Shown here: positions 1 to 12,852 of the stretch, in pieces
Layout: each line of letters begins with the position of its first letter
How positions within the stretch are numbered: position 1 is the first letter of the stretch
Source: Monocercomonoides exilis PA203
Lineage: Eukaryota; Protista; Preaxostyla
Assembly: GCA_001643675.2 (NCBI GenBank)
Contig: LSRY02000001.1
Location: 2,108,001-2,172,000, forward strand
Direction: 5' to 3'
Length of the DNA stretch: 64,000 nucleotides
Position numbers and translations under genes: made by a program
Notes under the pieces: model-generated
What the model saw: only the letters and a program-made list of their open reading frames with translations
Database searches by the model: none
Told to the model about the DNA's origin: nothing

Positions 1-594
1 TTTTAATGTTGACACTGAGGATAAAAAGTACATAATCACCAATTGGCTTCAATAGCCCAGCTGAATTGCTAAATGCTTAGAATAAAGCAAATTAATTCCG
101 AAGAAAAAATGGCTTCTAAAGAATGTAAAGTTGCAACTTCAAGCAAAATTATTAAATCAAATAAATATGACTTTTCAGAGGCCGAGAAAAATTGATAACA
201 ACTGATGGAAGATGGAGAAAATGTTGATTTTCAAACATATTTTTCAGGAATCTTTTGTTGGATTTAGAATGGAAAATGAATCATGTAACATTCACAAAAT
301 GATATAAGTGGCAACCTTTGAAAACGCAACGCTGATTAATAAAATACAAAAAACGTAGAGCAAATAGGAATATGCAATAAATTCCAGCCTTGAAAACATA
401 GTATTTTATGGAATAAATTAATAATTCATCATAAAAAATATATATTAATTATGGTTAAATAATCTTTGAAGGTTTTGCCAATGAAAATTGCAATGTTGTA
501 ATTGTGAAACGATAACAAACTCACAAGTTTGATATCAAGAATACGATCTTAAGCCATAATATTGTCACTAAATAATTGAAGAGGTTGAAATTTC

Positions 595-3091
595 ATGTTA
601 AAATCGAGAGTGTATCTTGTTTTAGTTATTTTTTGCGCATTGTTTTAAACAAAAGAAGCACAAACAATAACTTCTATTTATAATGTTAAAAATGGAGTAG
701 ACAGAGCATCAGCAAATAAAACAAAAGAAATTTCATTGAAGCATGTTGCTATTTACGTGGGTCAAAGTGGCACCTCAGATGCAAATGGGGAAACATTTGA
801 AACACCAGTGAATACTCTGGTAAAAGCAAACACTTTGCTTACAGGCGATCCAGCTGAAGGGGGATATCACATTGAAGTTATTGCAACTGGCGAAGTTCCT
901 GCAAGTGAAGCTGTAACATTTAACAAAGAAAAGGGAATCACTATTGTGGGAGTCGAAGAACAGGGAAATGAAGGTGAAGACCAAACAGAAATCGAAGCAA
1001 AGGCAACAATTGTTTGCTCTATTGGAGATGACGTTGTTCTTTTCACTTGCACGCAAACAGTAGAATACAGGAAAATCTCTTTTAAGTTTGGAACACTTAC
1101 AGGAACGAATTCATTGATTCATGCAACAGATGCTTCAGCTTCGCTGAGTTTGATTAGCTGCGATTTTGTGCGACCTACCCCACTGAAATCTGGAAGAAAT
1201 ACTGAAGGAGACGAACCACAAGCACTGGGAACCATTCTTGTGAAAGTGGAAGCAGGCACATTGACGATGGAGACAGTTATAGGCACAGCCTCTTATAATC
1301 CAGCTTTGTTTTTAACATCGCCGTTTTTGATTACCGGAGTGAAGACGGTTTCTTTGAAAATTTACAATTGTAAGAGATTACATCGAAAACAGGCCCTGTG
1401 ATGAAAATTGTTGGAGGAAGTGGGAAGAGCATTGCAGTGACGTTGGACGGCTGCAAATTTCCAAAATGTGCATCAGAAGAAGAAGCAGCAGAACCACAAA
1501 CGGCAAAAAGCGGAGCGTTGTATATTGAAAGCAGCAATCTCGCCAGTACATTTGCAATCCTCGATACAGCCGCGACAGCATTTGTTTCATGCGCCTGCAC
1601 CAATGGGAAGTCTGGAGGAATTTATCTGAAAATGACAGGAATTATAGAAGCTTCTTAATTGGTATGGCCAGGTACAGAAAGCAATTTGGTGTTTAGTGGA
1701 TGCAAAGCTTACAATAATCCATTGCAGATTTGTTCAACCACATGAAAATGAAAGCGAAAAAGAGAATGTTGTTGATTTTCATCTTGTGAAAGTGAATGGA
1801 GGCGCTTTAAATATGAGCAACGTGGAATGTGTTGATGAGAGCAACAAAGCTTCATTTCAAAATCCTCTGATTGATATTGAATGAGCGAAAGAGGTAACAC
1901 TGAAAGAAGTGAAGGTGAGCAATGTTAAAGTTGAAGATGGAGCAGCGATCAGTATAGCAGATGGAAGAGAAGAGGCATCGAGTGCGGTGATTGACGGGCT
2001 GAACATGGAATGTATTGAATCGAAGAATTCAGAAACAGCAGGGTTGAGTATCATTCTCAGTTCAGAAGAATCTTCAGTGTCGATTGGAAGGGAAAGCAAG
2101 TGCACATTCAAATCTTGCTCAGCGCAAGAAGGGAAAGCAGGAGCAATGTATATTGAGATGGAGAAGGCGATATCGAACTTGAAGCTTCCAGCTGAGGGCA
2201 ATCTGGAGATTGACGAGACAAACACAGGGAAAGATTCGTCAGGAGCGTCGTTGTGCATTGTTTCTCCAGACTTTGAGGAGTTCAGCCAACAAGAAGATGC
2301 CTTTGAGTTTGCGAAAGATTACAGCGATGAATCTACAGCTGGGTGGATTGTTGGAGCAGCTGATGCGGATGCAAAGCCCATTGATGTGTTTGAGAAATAT
2401 CTGAAGGACGAGAAAGATGAAGGAAAGAAAGAGGAAGATGGGAAGGAAGAAGGGAAGGAAGAGGGGAAGGAAGAAGGGAAGGAAGATGGAATAGAAAAAC
2501 AGGAATTTGAGGGAAGCAATGAATCAAAACCATTTGCTTGGTGGATTGTTGTGATTGTTGTGCTGGCTTGTATGATTGTTGTTATTGTGGTTGTATTTTC
2601 TGTTCTTCTTTTTGTTGAGAAGAAGAAGAACTCAAAGAAGAGGTGGGTGAATGAAGAAGAAGATGATGAAGAGGAAGAGGAAGAGGAAGAAGAAGAGGAA
2701 GAGGAAGAGGAAGAGGAAGAGGAAGAAGGAGAAGGAGAAGAAGAAGATGATAAAAAGAAGACAAAACGCAGAATGCAAAGAGAAAAAGAAAGAAAAGAAA
2801 AAGACAGAACAGCTAATAATCCTGTGAAAGAAGCAAATTCAAATGGAAATGGAAATGCATCTGTCAAACGAAATTTGAGCGGCACAAGAAATAACATTAA
2901 CAAATCTGAAGAAAAATTGCAGAAAGCTGAAAGAAAGGAAGGAATTAGTCGTGAATTTATTGAAGAAACATTAAGACAGGCTTTATCTCCTTCTTCTTCT
3001 TCTTCTTCTTCTTCTTCTTCTTCTTCTTCTTCTTCTTCTTCTTCTTCTTCTTCTTCTTCTTCTTCTTCTTCTTCTTCTTCTTCTTCTTCTT

Positions 3092-3122
<31 letters not shown>

Positions 3123-3531
3123 TTCTTATTCTTCTTCTTCTTCTTCTGCAACTTCTTCTGTGTTTAATAAAGAAGGACTGCAAGCAAACCAAATGAATGT
3201 GAATTTGAAAGAATTTGTGATAGAAACAAACACTTTTTCGCTGCAATCAAACAAACAAAATGAAGAAACAAGAATGAAAGATGAAGAAATCTATGAAAAT
3301 AGCTCAGAGGAAAAAGAGATTAAGAAAAGAAAAAAAGGAAAGAAAGCGAAAAGAAAGAAAGAGAAAAAAACAGAACATTTAATAGCGAATATCGAATTGG
3401 ATAATGAAGAAGCAATGGAGGAAGAACAAGAAGAGAGTGAAGAAGAAATTAAACAGGAACAAAAGAAAAGGAAGAAGAAGAAGAAGAAGAAAACAAAGAA
3501 ACTCGAAAGAACTGAAGAAGAAGAAATATGA
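595..3531 (+). pseudogene. Disrupted single-pass surface protein gene, paralog of 10384..12852
   Basis: ATG at 595 gives a signal-peptide-like MLKSRVYLVLVIFCALF, then in-frame TAA (646-648), then reads in frame into ORF 736..1401. Further defects: frameshift near 1370, TAA 1656-1658, frame jump/deletion near 1705, TGA 1882-1884. ORF 1909..3531 shares GAAISI, SEESSVSIGRESKCTFKSCSAQEGKAGA and QEDAFEFAKDY motifs with the 845-aa paralog, followed by a TM helix and an acidic/poly-Ser tail. Confidence 0.8.
2988..3148 (+). repeat. (TCT)n microsatellite encoding poly-serine
   Basis: Near-perfect TCT run with two TAT interruptions near the end. Confidence 0.95.
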
Positions 3532-4670
3532 TGAAAAAGAATATTAAACAGCTAAAAAAAATAAAAATAAAAAACGAATTTTGATCAAAAAATATGTGTT
3601 GAATAAGAAAGAATTAGAAGGCAATTTGAAGATTACTTGTTTCGAATGACTAATTTATTTTTCCCCCAAATTTTCTTGAATTCTGGATGATATTTGCGAG
3701 ATTTCAATGAAAGATGATTATTTGCACTGAAAAGAAAAAGAAAGAAAGAAAAAGATTTGGATGAACAAGAAAGAGCAAAGATGACAAAATGCATTGAGGA
3801 AGAGAAAAATTAATTTCGCATTGAAAGAAAAAAAAGAAAGAAAACTGACGAAAGATTTGAAGAAAAGACTATTTTCAGAGCATGAGAGAAGAATTTGACA
3901 GAAATGGAAAGACTTCATAAGAAGAAAAGAAGAAAAGGAAAGAAAATGAAGAAAGAAATGAATTTATATCGAAAAATACGCGAAGCGGATGAAATTTCAT
4001 CTTAAGCACGAAATTCTGATAACACATAATATAACATTGTTATTAGCTAAGCTCTTTTAATCAAAATTTTCTTATCTTCTTCTTTTTTTCCCCCTTATCA
4101 TTCAATATTTGTTGTATTAGCTAGTTTATCTCGTTTGATATGTTTCCCTTCTTGAAAGAGAGCTTCATTGCAATTCACAAATTCCAAAGGTTGAATTTTT
4201 GATTTTCTCATTGAAATATCAACAGATTTTCTTTGAGAAGCTCTTCATTGTTATTGCAATGAAGCTTGTTTTTTGTTAACATTACATTCTTTGCTTTGGT
4301 TTTCTTATTCATTTCTTTTTTTTTTCACCTTTATTTTTTCTGATTTGTTCAAAGACGATTTTATTTTATGAAAATTGAGAAATTTCTTTTGTCTCAATTT
4401 GATTGAAATCACTAATTTTTTTTTAATTAACATGTGCTTTTTTCATTGAATGGCTTCCTTTGTTGTCCTTCTGTGTAACTCATCTCTTTTATTCTATTTT
4501 GTGTTCAATCTTTGTTTAAAAGAATTTTCATTTTTCTTTTTTTGAAAAAGAAAGCAAAACCATCATTTGAAAAAGCTCATTAATTTTCGATTTCACACAT
4601 TGGAAAAAAAAATTAAAAGAAAAGAAAAAAAATAATTTTTGAGCAACAAAACAAATAAAATCACATTTCT

Positions 4671-5997
4671 TCAAATATTCACAAAATAATCAGAAATATT
4701 TATTGACATTCCACGATAATATTTGAAGCGAATTGAAATTACTCCATGAAAGCTTGCGATGATATCTTCGTATCCTTCTTCTTCCATCTTTTCGAATACC
4801 TCCATTTTTATTGATTTTCGTCTCGCTTCTTCCATTTCATCTTTCTCCTTTGCTTTCAATCTTTTTGAAATATTCAAAAAGAAATACAAGCAATCAGACA
4901 TAATTTTATCATCCAAAGTTGATTGCTTCATTTCCTCCAAATAGAGATCAATAACTCCACTTTTCAAAAATTCATCAATTTTAACAAATGAATTATTTGT
5001 AACTGTTTGAAATGCATAAATGCATTGATTGCTAATTTCTCTGTGATTATCCTTCGCTGCTCGATATACCTGAACAATGCTATTGATAAATCGAGCAAAT
5101 TCTTCATTCTGCAATTGGCACCCGCCAAAATAAATGCTCGATGTTTCGAGCCATCTCATCAATGCAAATTCTTCTTTCGCTTCTTCTTTGTTCATTTCTT
5201 CTTCTTTCTTCTTCCAGTTCGCACACTTTGTTAGCTCTTCCAATTCTCTTCTTGCTTCTCTTCCAAAATGCAGCTTATTCACAATTATCTCTTCTAAGCT
5301 ATTGTCAGCCCAAAGTCTGGAAACTAAAAACCTCCAAGCAGACTGACAGGCAAGACGGGTGAGGTTGTGATGCTCTTGATGATATTTGATGATCTCTCTG
5401 ATTTCATTCAAAAACAGTTTTGTTTCCATTTCCTATGCAAAAAAGGAGGAAAAAACAATTCAATTACGTCAAAAATGAAAAATAATGACTCAAACGTTAT
5501 ATTGGCTAATGTTGCACAAAGCTAACAAAGCCATTTCCACTTCCTTCTGAGCCTCATCATTTTCCTCTTTTACCGATGCAGCTTTCAAAAGGCAAGGGAC
5601 TATAATTGAAATTATTTCTCCAATTTCACTGGAAATAAGATGCAAAGAAAGATAGCATTCGCAAAGATCAACAAGAAGAGTTTTATCTTTTTCTTCTTCT
5701 TTCTTTTCTTTTTCTTCAATCATCTTTTCAAATCTTCCGTTTAACTGAGATTCTTCAAATCCATAAATCCACCAGCCAAAAAGAACTTTACAATATCCAA
5801 TGTGTTTCAGCAACAACAATGTATTTTCCATTGAAAGTTTCTCTTCTTCGATCATTTCGTTTATTTTGTCGAACGGTTCTTCTCTGAAAATTGATTCGAA
5901 TTCTTCTTCATTCATTCCATCAACTATTTCATTCATTTCTTCAATTTTCTGCTTCTGTTCTGCTTCAGTGAATTGTTCCAACTGTGAAAGTTTCTCT
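4671..5997 (-). CDS. Lineage-specific alpha-helical protein of an expanded family (function unknown), at least 2 exons
   Basis: ORFs 5490..6053 and 4671..5429 join in frame across a 63-nt GT-AG intron 5433..5495 (AAC|gtttgag...catag|GAA). Motifs EKLSMENTLLLLKHIGY and KEVEMALLAL. The 5' exon is uncertain (possible ATGGAATACGAAGAC|gtatgg near 6240). Confidence 0.7.
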
Positions 5998-8337
5998 AAA
6001 AAATGTGAAAAATCAAAAGAGAAAAAAGAAGCATTTATTTTTAAAACCAACAATTTCTTATAACATTTTGCAAACTAATAAATATTTGCTTTTTTGAATG
6101 TGACTGTAAAATCGCAAAATACACCAAAACAAATAATAAATTCGTTTTCGAAATATTCGTGTTTTGTTCAAATTAAAAGAATTAAAAAAAATCAAATCAA
6201 TTATCAAACAACATTAAAGTCCATACGTCTTCGTATTCCATCAATGGTTTTTGCCTCAAAACAAGAAAATATTTGAATAAAATAATCCTCTTTCTTGGAA
6301 AGTAAATAAGGGTGACCAACCTATAATTTTATAAGTGAAGATTTTTGATTGGTGATTTGCCGCAGCAAGAGCATGTTTGAGCTGCTTATGAGCACAACTA
6401 CAGATGCATCCATGCGAGATATAGCAATGCAGAAGAACAGGGATTTTGTTTCCAGATGGAGGAGCGAGTGGCTGTTTGCATCGATTGCTTGCGAAAAGTG
6501 AATTGTGAAGAAAACCAGCATGAAATTAGAACTAGGTTGTATATTGCAAAACATATGATGCAACACCAGATGCAATAATTTGAATGAAAAATAATTTAAG
6601 CAAGATGCAGAAAAAGCGAGGAGAATAACCGAAAGATTGAATTGAACCGCTTGTTCATTTCGAGGGAAATGTGTTTCACTTGGTATTTCTTTTGCTCAGG
6701 ACTTGTTTTGCGTGATTTTTTGAGAGAAGGATGATTTTGTGGAAAAGGAAAGGGAATTGGGGGTTTGGACAATGAAGCGAACAGAACGAAGCACTCAGCT
6801 GGTCTTAACAACAAACGCATTGCCATTTACGCGAAACCCGTTGGAAAGCTATCATTAAAGAAATGGCGTTAAATAAGTCTTTGAAAAAGAGTTGATTTCT
6901 TGTTTATTTGGATAATATTAATTTTCACATGACTTCATTATCGGTTTCATAAAGGATTTTTTGCTTTCGATGATGTTCTTTACCAACCATTTGTTGTCCA
7001 GTTGTCTGTTTTTTTATGTGGCAAGAGGCAATTTTGGAGAGCAAAAAAGCCAGCTGGGCCGATAATTACCAATCCATTGGAGATGGGAAAATAATTCAAG
7101 GCCAAAACAATGGTTTGACTTTTTTTTGTTTCATTCATTTTTCTTTAATGGCGTTATTTGAATGAATTCAAAATGACTATGAACAGGAATGCCATAGAAA
7201 GAAAAGCCTTCTTTTTATTTCGCGAAAGATTCAGAAGTTTTGAGATTATTCTTGTTTGCCTTGCATTCAACGATGATATTCGTGGCTTCTGCCTTCTGTT
7301 TTTCATGCTTCATCATCGATTAACTCATCTTCTTCTTCGCATTCATCAGTATTTCCAAGAATTATTTGATGGAAACAGCCATTTTGATGCTTTAATGGAA
7401 AGATTCACAATTCCTGGTGAAATATGCAGAATTTAAGTTGGAATTGGAGTGCTTCCAAAAAGAGAAGAGAAAAAGGAGGGAAGATGCAGCGATGGACAAG
7501 AAAACAAGGAAAAAATGGTTGTGAACAAGAAAAGTGGATTTGAAGAAGAAGAAGAAGAAGAAGAAAAGAGAAAAGAGAAAGAGGAAATAAGCTATTTTTG
7601 AAAGAGGAAAAAGATATTTTCTTATGAATGAAATGAAAGAAGAAAAGATGTTCCTCATAATGAGGAAAGAAAGCACAGAGAAAGAAAGCAAGAGAGAAGA
7701 AGAAGACTTCTTTGAAATCTGCTTTGAGAAAAGAAGAAGAAAATGTTTGGATTAATAATTCCAGCAAACGCACTAAAAGATGAGCCAAAAGGGGGAATTT
7801 TCATGGAATAAAAGGAAAATATTTATGGAAAGAAGAAGAAGCAGAAAGATAAAACCAAAATAGGGAAAATCAATCAAAGAGAAATATTTCTCCGATGCTG
7901 CTAATTCTCCGGATTTGGTTCAAAAATCTTAAAAAGTGATATTTTGAGGATATAAGCAGAAGAAGGGAAGAATAACAATAAGAAGAAGAAGAAAGATGAG
8001 AAAGAAAAAGTATTTCATCAGATGATCAGAGCGAAGAGGGAGAGAATTTAATTGGGGAAAAGAGAGAATGAGTGAAAAGATTGTCCTGTGAAAGATGAAG
8101 AAAGAAGGGAAAAGATAAATGGAGATGATGAAAAATGAAAAGAGAGGGAAAATTGATTTGAAAAAGAAAAACAAAAAACAATATGGCATTTTTTTCATTC
8201 ATTGAACAACAGCAATATGCTCGGAAAATAACATTTCTTTTTCTTTTCCATATCATAATCATAATCATTCTCTTCTCCTTCGTCTTCGTCTTCTTCTTCT
8301 TCTTCCTTTTCTTCCTCTTCTTCCTCTTCTTCTTCAG

Positions 8338-9188
8338 CACCTCCAGCCGACTCACCCTATCTTCTGGGCCGTTGCTTCAATCCGTGGGGCAACGACATCA
8401 GCTGGTCGTGCGACAGCCGCTTTTTCGTGTCTGCCGTGTGCACGCCAAGACTGCGTGTGGACAACTTGTTTATCCTCTTCAATGTGAAAGGCCACCGCTT
8501 GGCTTCGTTTGGGGTGGAGACTTTGTTCGACGTGAAGTTCCAGCCGGCGCTGTTTGCGTCGGCGAAGGAGAAGGAGAGGCAGATGGTGAAGTGGAGAGAA
8601 GCTGGAGTTAATTCCTCATCTGCTTCATCTTCTTCACCTGCTTCTTCTTCACCTGTATCATCATCATCTTCTACTTCTTCTTCTGATTCTGCTTTAGATG
8701 GGCCAATAACCATCGAAAAGCAACCATTTCGCCTTCTCTTCCTTCTTTCCCCTTCTTCTTCTTCTTCCTCCTCCTCCTCTTCTCCCTCTTCTTCTTCTTC
8801 TTCTTCATCTTCTTCCACTTACTCATCAGGAGCTGTCCAATCATCTGATGCGTCCACTGCCCCTCAGCCGGTTGGGGTGTATCGAGTGAAAGGTGCTTCT
8901 TCCTCATTTGCAGAGCGACTGAGAATGCAAATGCAAGGCTCTTCATCATCACCTTCTTCTTCTTCTTCATCACGTTTTTCCTCCTTCTCCACTCCTTCTC
9001 CTTCGTTCTCTTCTTCTTCTTCCTCCTCTTCTTCCTCAATTAGCGATGCTTCTCTATTTGTGAGAGGAGGGCGGAAGCAGAATGAGAAGAAAGACAGTGC
9101 TGGAGAGCCTCAGGGAAGATACATTGCAGGGCTGGGATTTGTGAATTCAAAGAACAAGAGAGGGAAGAAGAAAGGGAATCCGAAATAA
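8338..9188 (+). CDS. EIF2A: Eukaryotic translation initiation factor 2A, 3' exon
   Basis: After a polypyrimidine tract and cag acceptor (8337) the frame reads ISWSCDSRFFVSAVCTPRLRVDNLFILFNVKG...VKFQP, matching the eIF2A WSPDG..T.PRLRVDN signature. It continues through a YR motif and a basic KNKR tail to TAA. Confidence 0.75.
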
Positions 9189-10383
9189 AGATTGAGCTTT
9201 ATTTTATTTTCGGGGAGCTTTCTTTCTAATTTTTTAAAAACATTTTTTTTTAACTTTCCAAAAAAAAGTGGGTTGCATCAAAGGGAGAATTTGAAAAATT
9301 GTAACAAAAATAATAACTTTAGAATAATAACAAATTAGATTGTTTCATGCTCTTTGCAATTTTAAATGATAAGACAATTTTGAATTAAAACAGTCAATTC
9401 AAAAAGATGTGATTCTTTTCTATTAAGTTCATCTTATTCAAATTTTCTCAATCTTGGTTCAGTTTTTTATCATTATTTTGATCAATTATAAAAAAGTTAT
9501 ACACCAAAATTGATCTATTAGAAACTTGTAATTCCCTTCTGAAAGTTGAGAAAATGCAGTAAAAGTTTTTACAAGAGCTTTATTTCATTTCAAAACTGTG
9601 CTTTGATTTAATTGCTTAACGTGACATGTGCAAAAAGAAATGGTTCGATATTTTATGTTTTCAGAATTTTGTTCCACTAATTATTTTCTAAAAATTTTCT
9701 CAATTAAATAAATTAATTTTTCATTTTTAACATGAGAATGAAAGACAAATAATGATGTGATTGCTGAAAAAGTCAGGAACAAATTGGTATTTTCACCAAA
9801 AACGACAAAAAGTTTGTCCAAATTACACATGTTGCCATATTTGTTTTGCTTATTTCTTTGATCATCAACAATCACAAAACCAACTGTCCCATATCATGTC
9901 ATCAAAGATAAGAATTTTGTTCACAGTTGGTTCGAACAAAAACCTGAGAACACTTTTGCAAAACTGTTCTTTTCAAATTGAATGGGGCAATTTCATCGTA
10001 GGAAGAGAAGTGAAAGAGAGAAAGAAAAGAATATATGAGTGGAAAAAGCCAAAATCAAACAAAAAATAAAAAGAAAGAAAGAACTGGTATATAAAGCTCA
10101 AAAAGGAACCAGATAACATTATCAACAACACAGAAAAGTAAAGAAGATTCGAAGTGAGGAAGAAGCAGAAGAGAGAATGGAGGAAAAGAAAAATCCTTAT
10201 TCTGAACTAACCTTCATCAATTAGATTATAAAAAAAGTGGTTCTTGCATTTTTATAAATCAATCCCAATATTATCATTAACTTCAGAAAGGATTATTATT
10301 TTGACCAACGTTTTATGATCTTTTTCTTTTCAAATAATGCAAACATTGATCAAACCATTTTTCATCGAGTAGCGCTTCAAAGA

Positions 10384-12852
10384 ATGTTTCTGGGATTAAT
10401 TCTTTTCCAAATTGTGATATCGATTTTCTCACAGGAAGAGTCATCAGCAATATCAACAGTGTTTGTAAAGCAAAGTGGGAAAGATGAAAACAGTGGATTG
10501 GCAATCGATCAGGAAAAGCAATCATTGAAAGTTGCACACAGTATGTTGAGTGGTGAAACGGAGCATAGTATAAAAATTATTTGCGATACAGATCCATTGA
10601 CAGCCGAAGCCGTTGTGTTTGACAAAAAACCGGCAATGACAATTGAAGGATGGAAAAGTGATGGAAGAGGAAACACTGAAGTGGCAATAGACTGTGACGT
10701 TCATCCGGGAAGTGATCTATTCAAGTGTGAAGGCACAGTGGAATTCAAATTCTTGGCATTTCATTTTCCAACATCGTTGGAAAAAGAGAATCAAGATTAT
10801 TCAATTTACTCATTAATCAAAGGTGATAAGGCATCGTTGTCAATAAGAAACTGCAGATTTGTTCGACCAGATGTCGAAGATAGTTTGGTCAATTACAGGC
10901 TTATCCGAGCATCTGAAGGAACATTGAAAATGGAGAATTTTGAGTGTCTGCACGAAATAAATTGGTTTTCATTCGATGGTATTTTGTTTCAGACTTTAGA
11001 GGAGAAAGTTGTTGAATTATCTAATTTCACTTTGAGAAAGATAAAGTCACGTGGTAATTCCGTTATGAGTATTACTAGTTCAGCAAATGTTGAATCTGAA
11101 ATCACGCTGAATCGGAGCATATTCTCTGAATTGAAAAGTTCTGATGCAGCTTTGAATATCGCAGCCACAAACGATAAAAGCACATTTTCAGTTGGCGATG
11201 GAGGAGCTACAACTTTTTCATTGTGCAGTTGCAGTGATTTTCATAGCTCAGGTGGAATATATCTGCAAATGCCAATTATCAAATCTGCAACTCAGCTCAA
11301 ATGGCCCCAAGACGGAAGGAATCTGATGTTTGACAGATGTTCAGCAGGAGAAGGTGAGTCAAAAAGGAACATTGGATTATTCATAAGGATGATCAATGAC
11401 TCATTATTTGAAGACATAGCAGCATCAATGAAGAACAGCTTTGCGTCCGATTACAACAGAAGAGATAACAGATGGAATGTTGTTGGATTCGACAATAGTG
11501 ATCAAAGTGAGTGTGATTTTGTTTTCCAGTTTTTTGATCCACTTCCTCCAAGGCCAGAAAACATGCAAAAGGCTTTTGTGAAGAATGGTGGAAAAGGAAA
11601 TGGTTTCAATATTGAATTGGCAATTGATTCCATATTCGATGCTTATGAATATTTGGACAAAAGTGAAAAATGCTTCATAGACATTGTCAACACAGAAGAT
11701 CCAATCAGAGCCGAAGTCATTTCGTTTGACGTTGACAATGGGATTACCATCGAAGGAGTGAACAGTGATGGAAATGGAAATGTTGAGGTGGCGATCGATT
11801 GCGATGTGAGCGCTTCAAGTGCTTTATTCATGTGCGAAAAGGAGGTGGAATTCAAGTATTTGGCATTCAACATTCCCACATCAGAGAAAAAATGGGATTA
11901 TTTAATTTTTGGAAATGAGATGTCAACATCACTCACAATCAGCAATATCCGATTTGTCAGAGTTGGGATCCAATCACCAGAAGGAGGAATTGCTTCAAAT
12001 GACCATGAAGATGATTTTGCTGTTGGGAGTCTTGTGAGCGTTCTTGGTGGGAAAGTTTCTGTGAATACTGTCACATGCACAGACGAAAAGAATACAATTT
12101 CATTTCTGTCATCACCGTTTTCATTCTCTGGAGCCAGTGAAGTGTCTTTGAACGGAGTGGAGATCGGCAAAGTGAAAGTGAAAGAAGGAGCAGCGATTAG
12201 CATCAACGATGGGATAGAGACAACTTCGAAAGTGTCAATTGAGGGACTGGATATCAAAGATTCAACTTTGGAAATGGGAAATACAGCTGGATTGCAGATT
12301 GTTTTGTTCTCAGAAGAATCGACAGTGGCAATTGGAAGGGGAAGCAAATGCTCATTCAAATCGTGTTCAGCACCAGAAGGGAAAGCAGGAGCAATATTCA
12401 TTGACATGCCCAAGGCAACATCGAATCTTCAACTTCCCACAGCCAGCAATTTGGAGATAGACAGTTCAAACACAGCTGGCTCAAAAACAACTTCTCTGTT
12501 CATCCTTGCCCCAGATTTTGATGAGTTCTGCAAACAAGAAGACGCATTTGAATTTGCAAATGATTATGACAATTCGACATCTGGATGGATTGTGGGAGCA
12601 AAAGACTCTGAATCAGAGCCGGAGGATGTGTATGTGAAGTATGTGAAAGTGAGACAAGATCGAATCGCTGAGCAAAACAGAAAACAAAAAGAGAAGAAAA
12701 GAAGGACAATTGTTGCCATTGTTGTCCCAATAGTAGTCGTTGTTGTTGTTGTTGCAGTTGTTGTGATTGTGGTTGTTGTGATTATCAAGAAAAAGAAAGC
12801 CAAGCACAACACAGATGTGAACAAAGAACAAGAAATGAGCATCCAAGAGTAG
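10384..12852 (+). CDS. Type I membrane surface protein with two tandem ~380-aa extracellular repeats (adhesin-like)
   Basis: Uninterrupted ORF. Likely start MFLGLILFQIVISIFS (signal peptide). Repeated block TIEG..SDG.GN.EVAIDCDV...LF.CE..VEFK.LAF. Val-rich TM helix followed by KKKK. Confidence 0.88.
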   Translation: MFLGLILFQIVISIFSQEESSAISTVFVKQSGKDENSGLAIDQEKQSLKVAHSMLSGETEHSIKIICDTDPLTAEAVVFDKKPAMTIEGWKSDGRGNTEVAIDCDVHPGSDLFKCEGTVEFKFLAFHFPTSLEKENQDYSIYSLIKGDKASLSIRNCRFVRPDVEDSLVNYRLIRASEGTLKMENFECLHEINWFSFDGILFQTLEEKVVELSNFTLRKIKSRGNSVMSITSSANVESEITLNRSIFSELKSSDAALNIAATNDKSTFSVGDGGATTFSLCSCSDFHSSGGIYLQMPIIKSATQLKWPQDGRNLMFDRCSAGEGESKRNIGLFIRMINDSLFEDIAASMKNSFASDYNRRDNRWNVVGFDNSDQSECDFVFQFFDPLPPRPENMQKAFVKNGGKGNGFNIELAIDSIFDAYEYLDKSEKCFIDIVNTEDPIRAEVISFDVDNGITIEGVNSDGNGNVEVAIDCDVSASSALFMCEKEVEFKYLAFNIPTSEKKWDYLIFGNEMSTSLTISNIRFVRVGIQSPEGGIASNDHEDDFAVGSLVSVLGGKVSVNTVTCTDEKNTISFLSSPFSFSGASEVSLNGVEIGKVKVKEGAAISINDGIETTSKVSIEGLDIKDSTLEMGNTAGLQIVLFSEESTVAIGRGSKCSFKSCSAPEGKAGAIFIDMPKATSNLQLPTASNLEIDSSNTAGSKTTSLFILAPDFDEFCKQEDAFEFANDYDNSTSGWIVGAKDSESEPEDVYVKYVKVRQDRIAEQNRKQKEKKRRTIVAIVVPIVVVVVVVAVVVIVVVVIIKKKKAKHNTDVNKEQEMSIQE

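Noticed and set aside
2957-3246. Poly-Lys/poly-Arg ORFs (also 46485..47109)
   Set aside because: Antisense or alternative-frame translations of TCT/CTT microsatellites.
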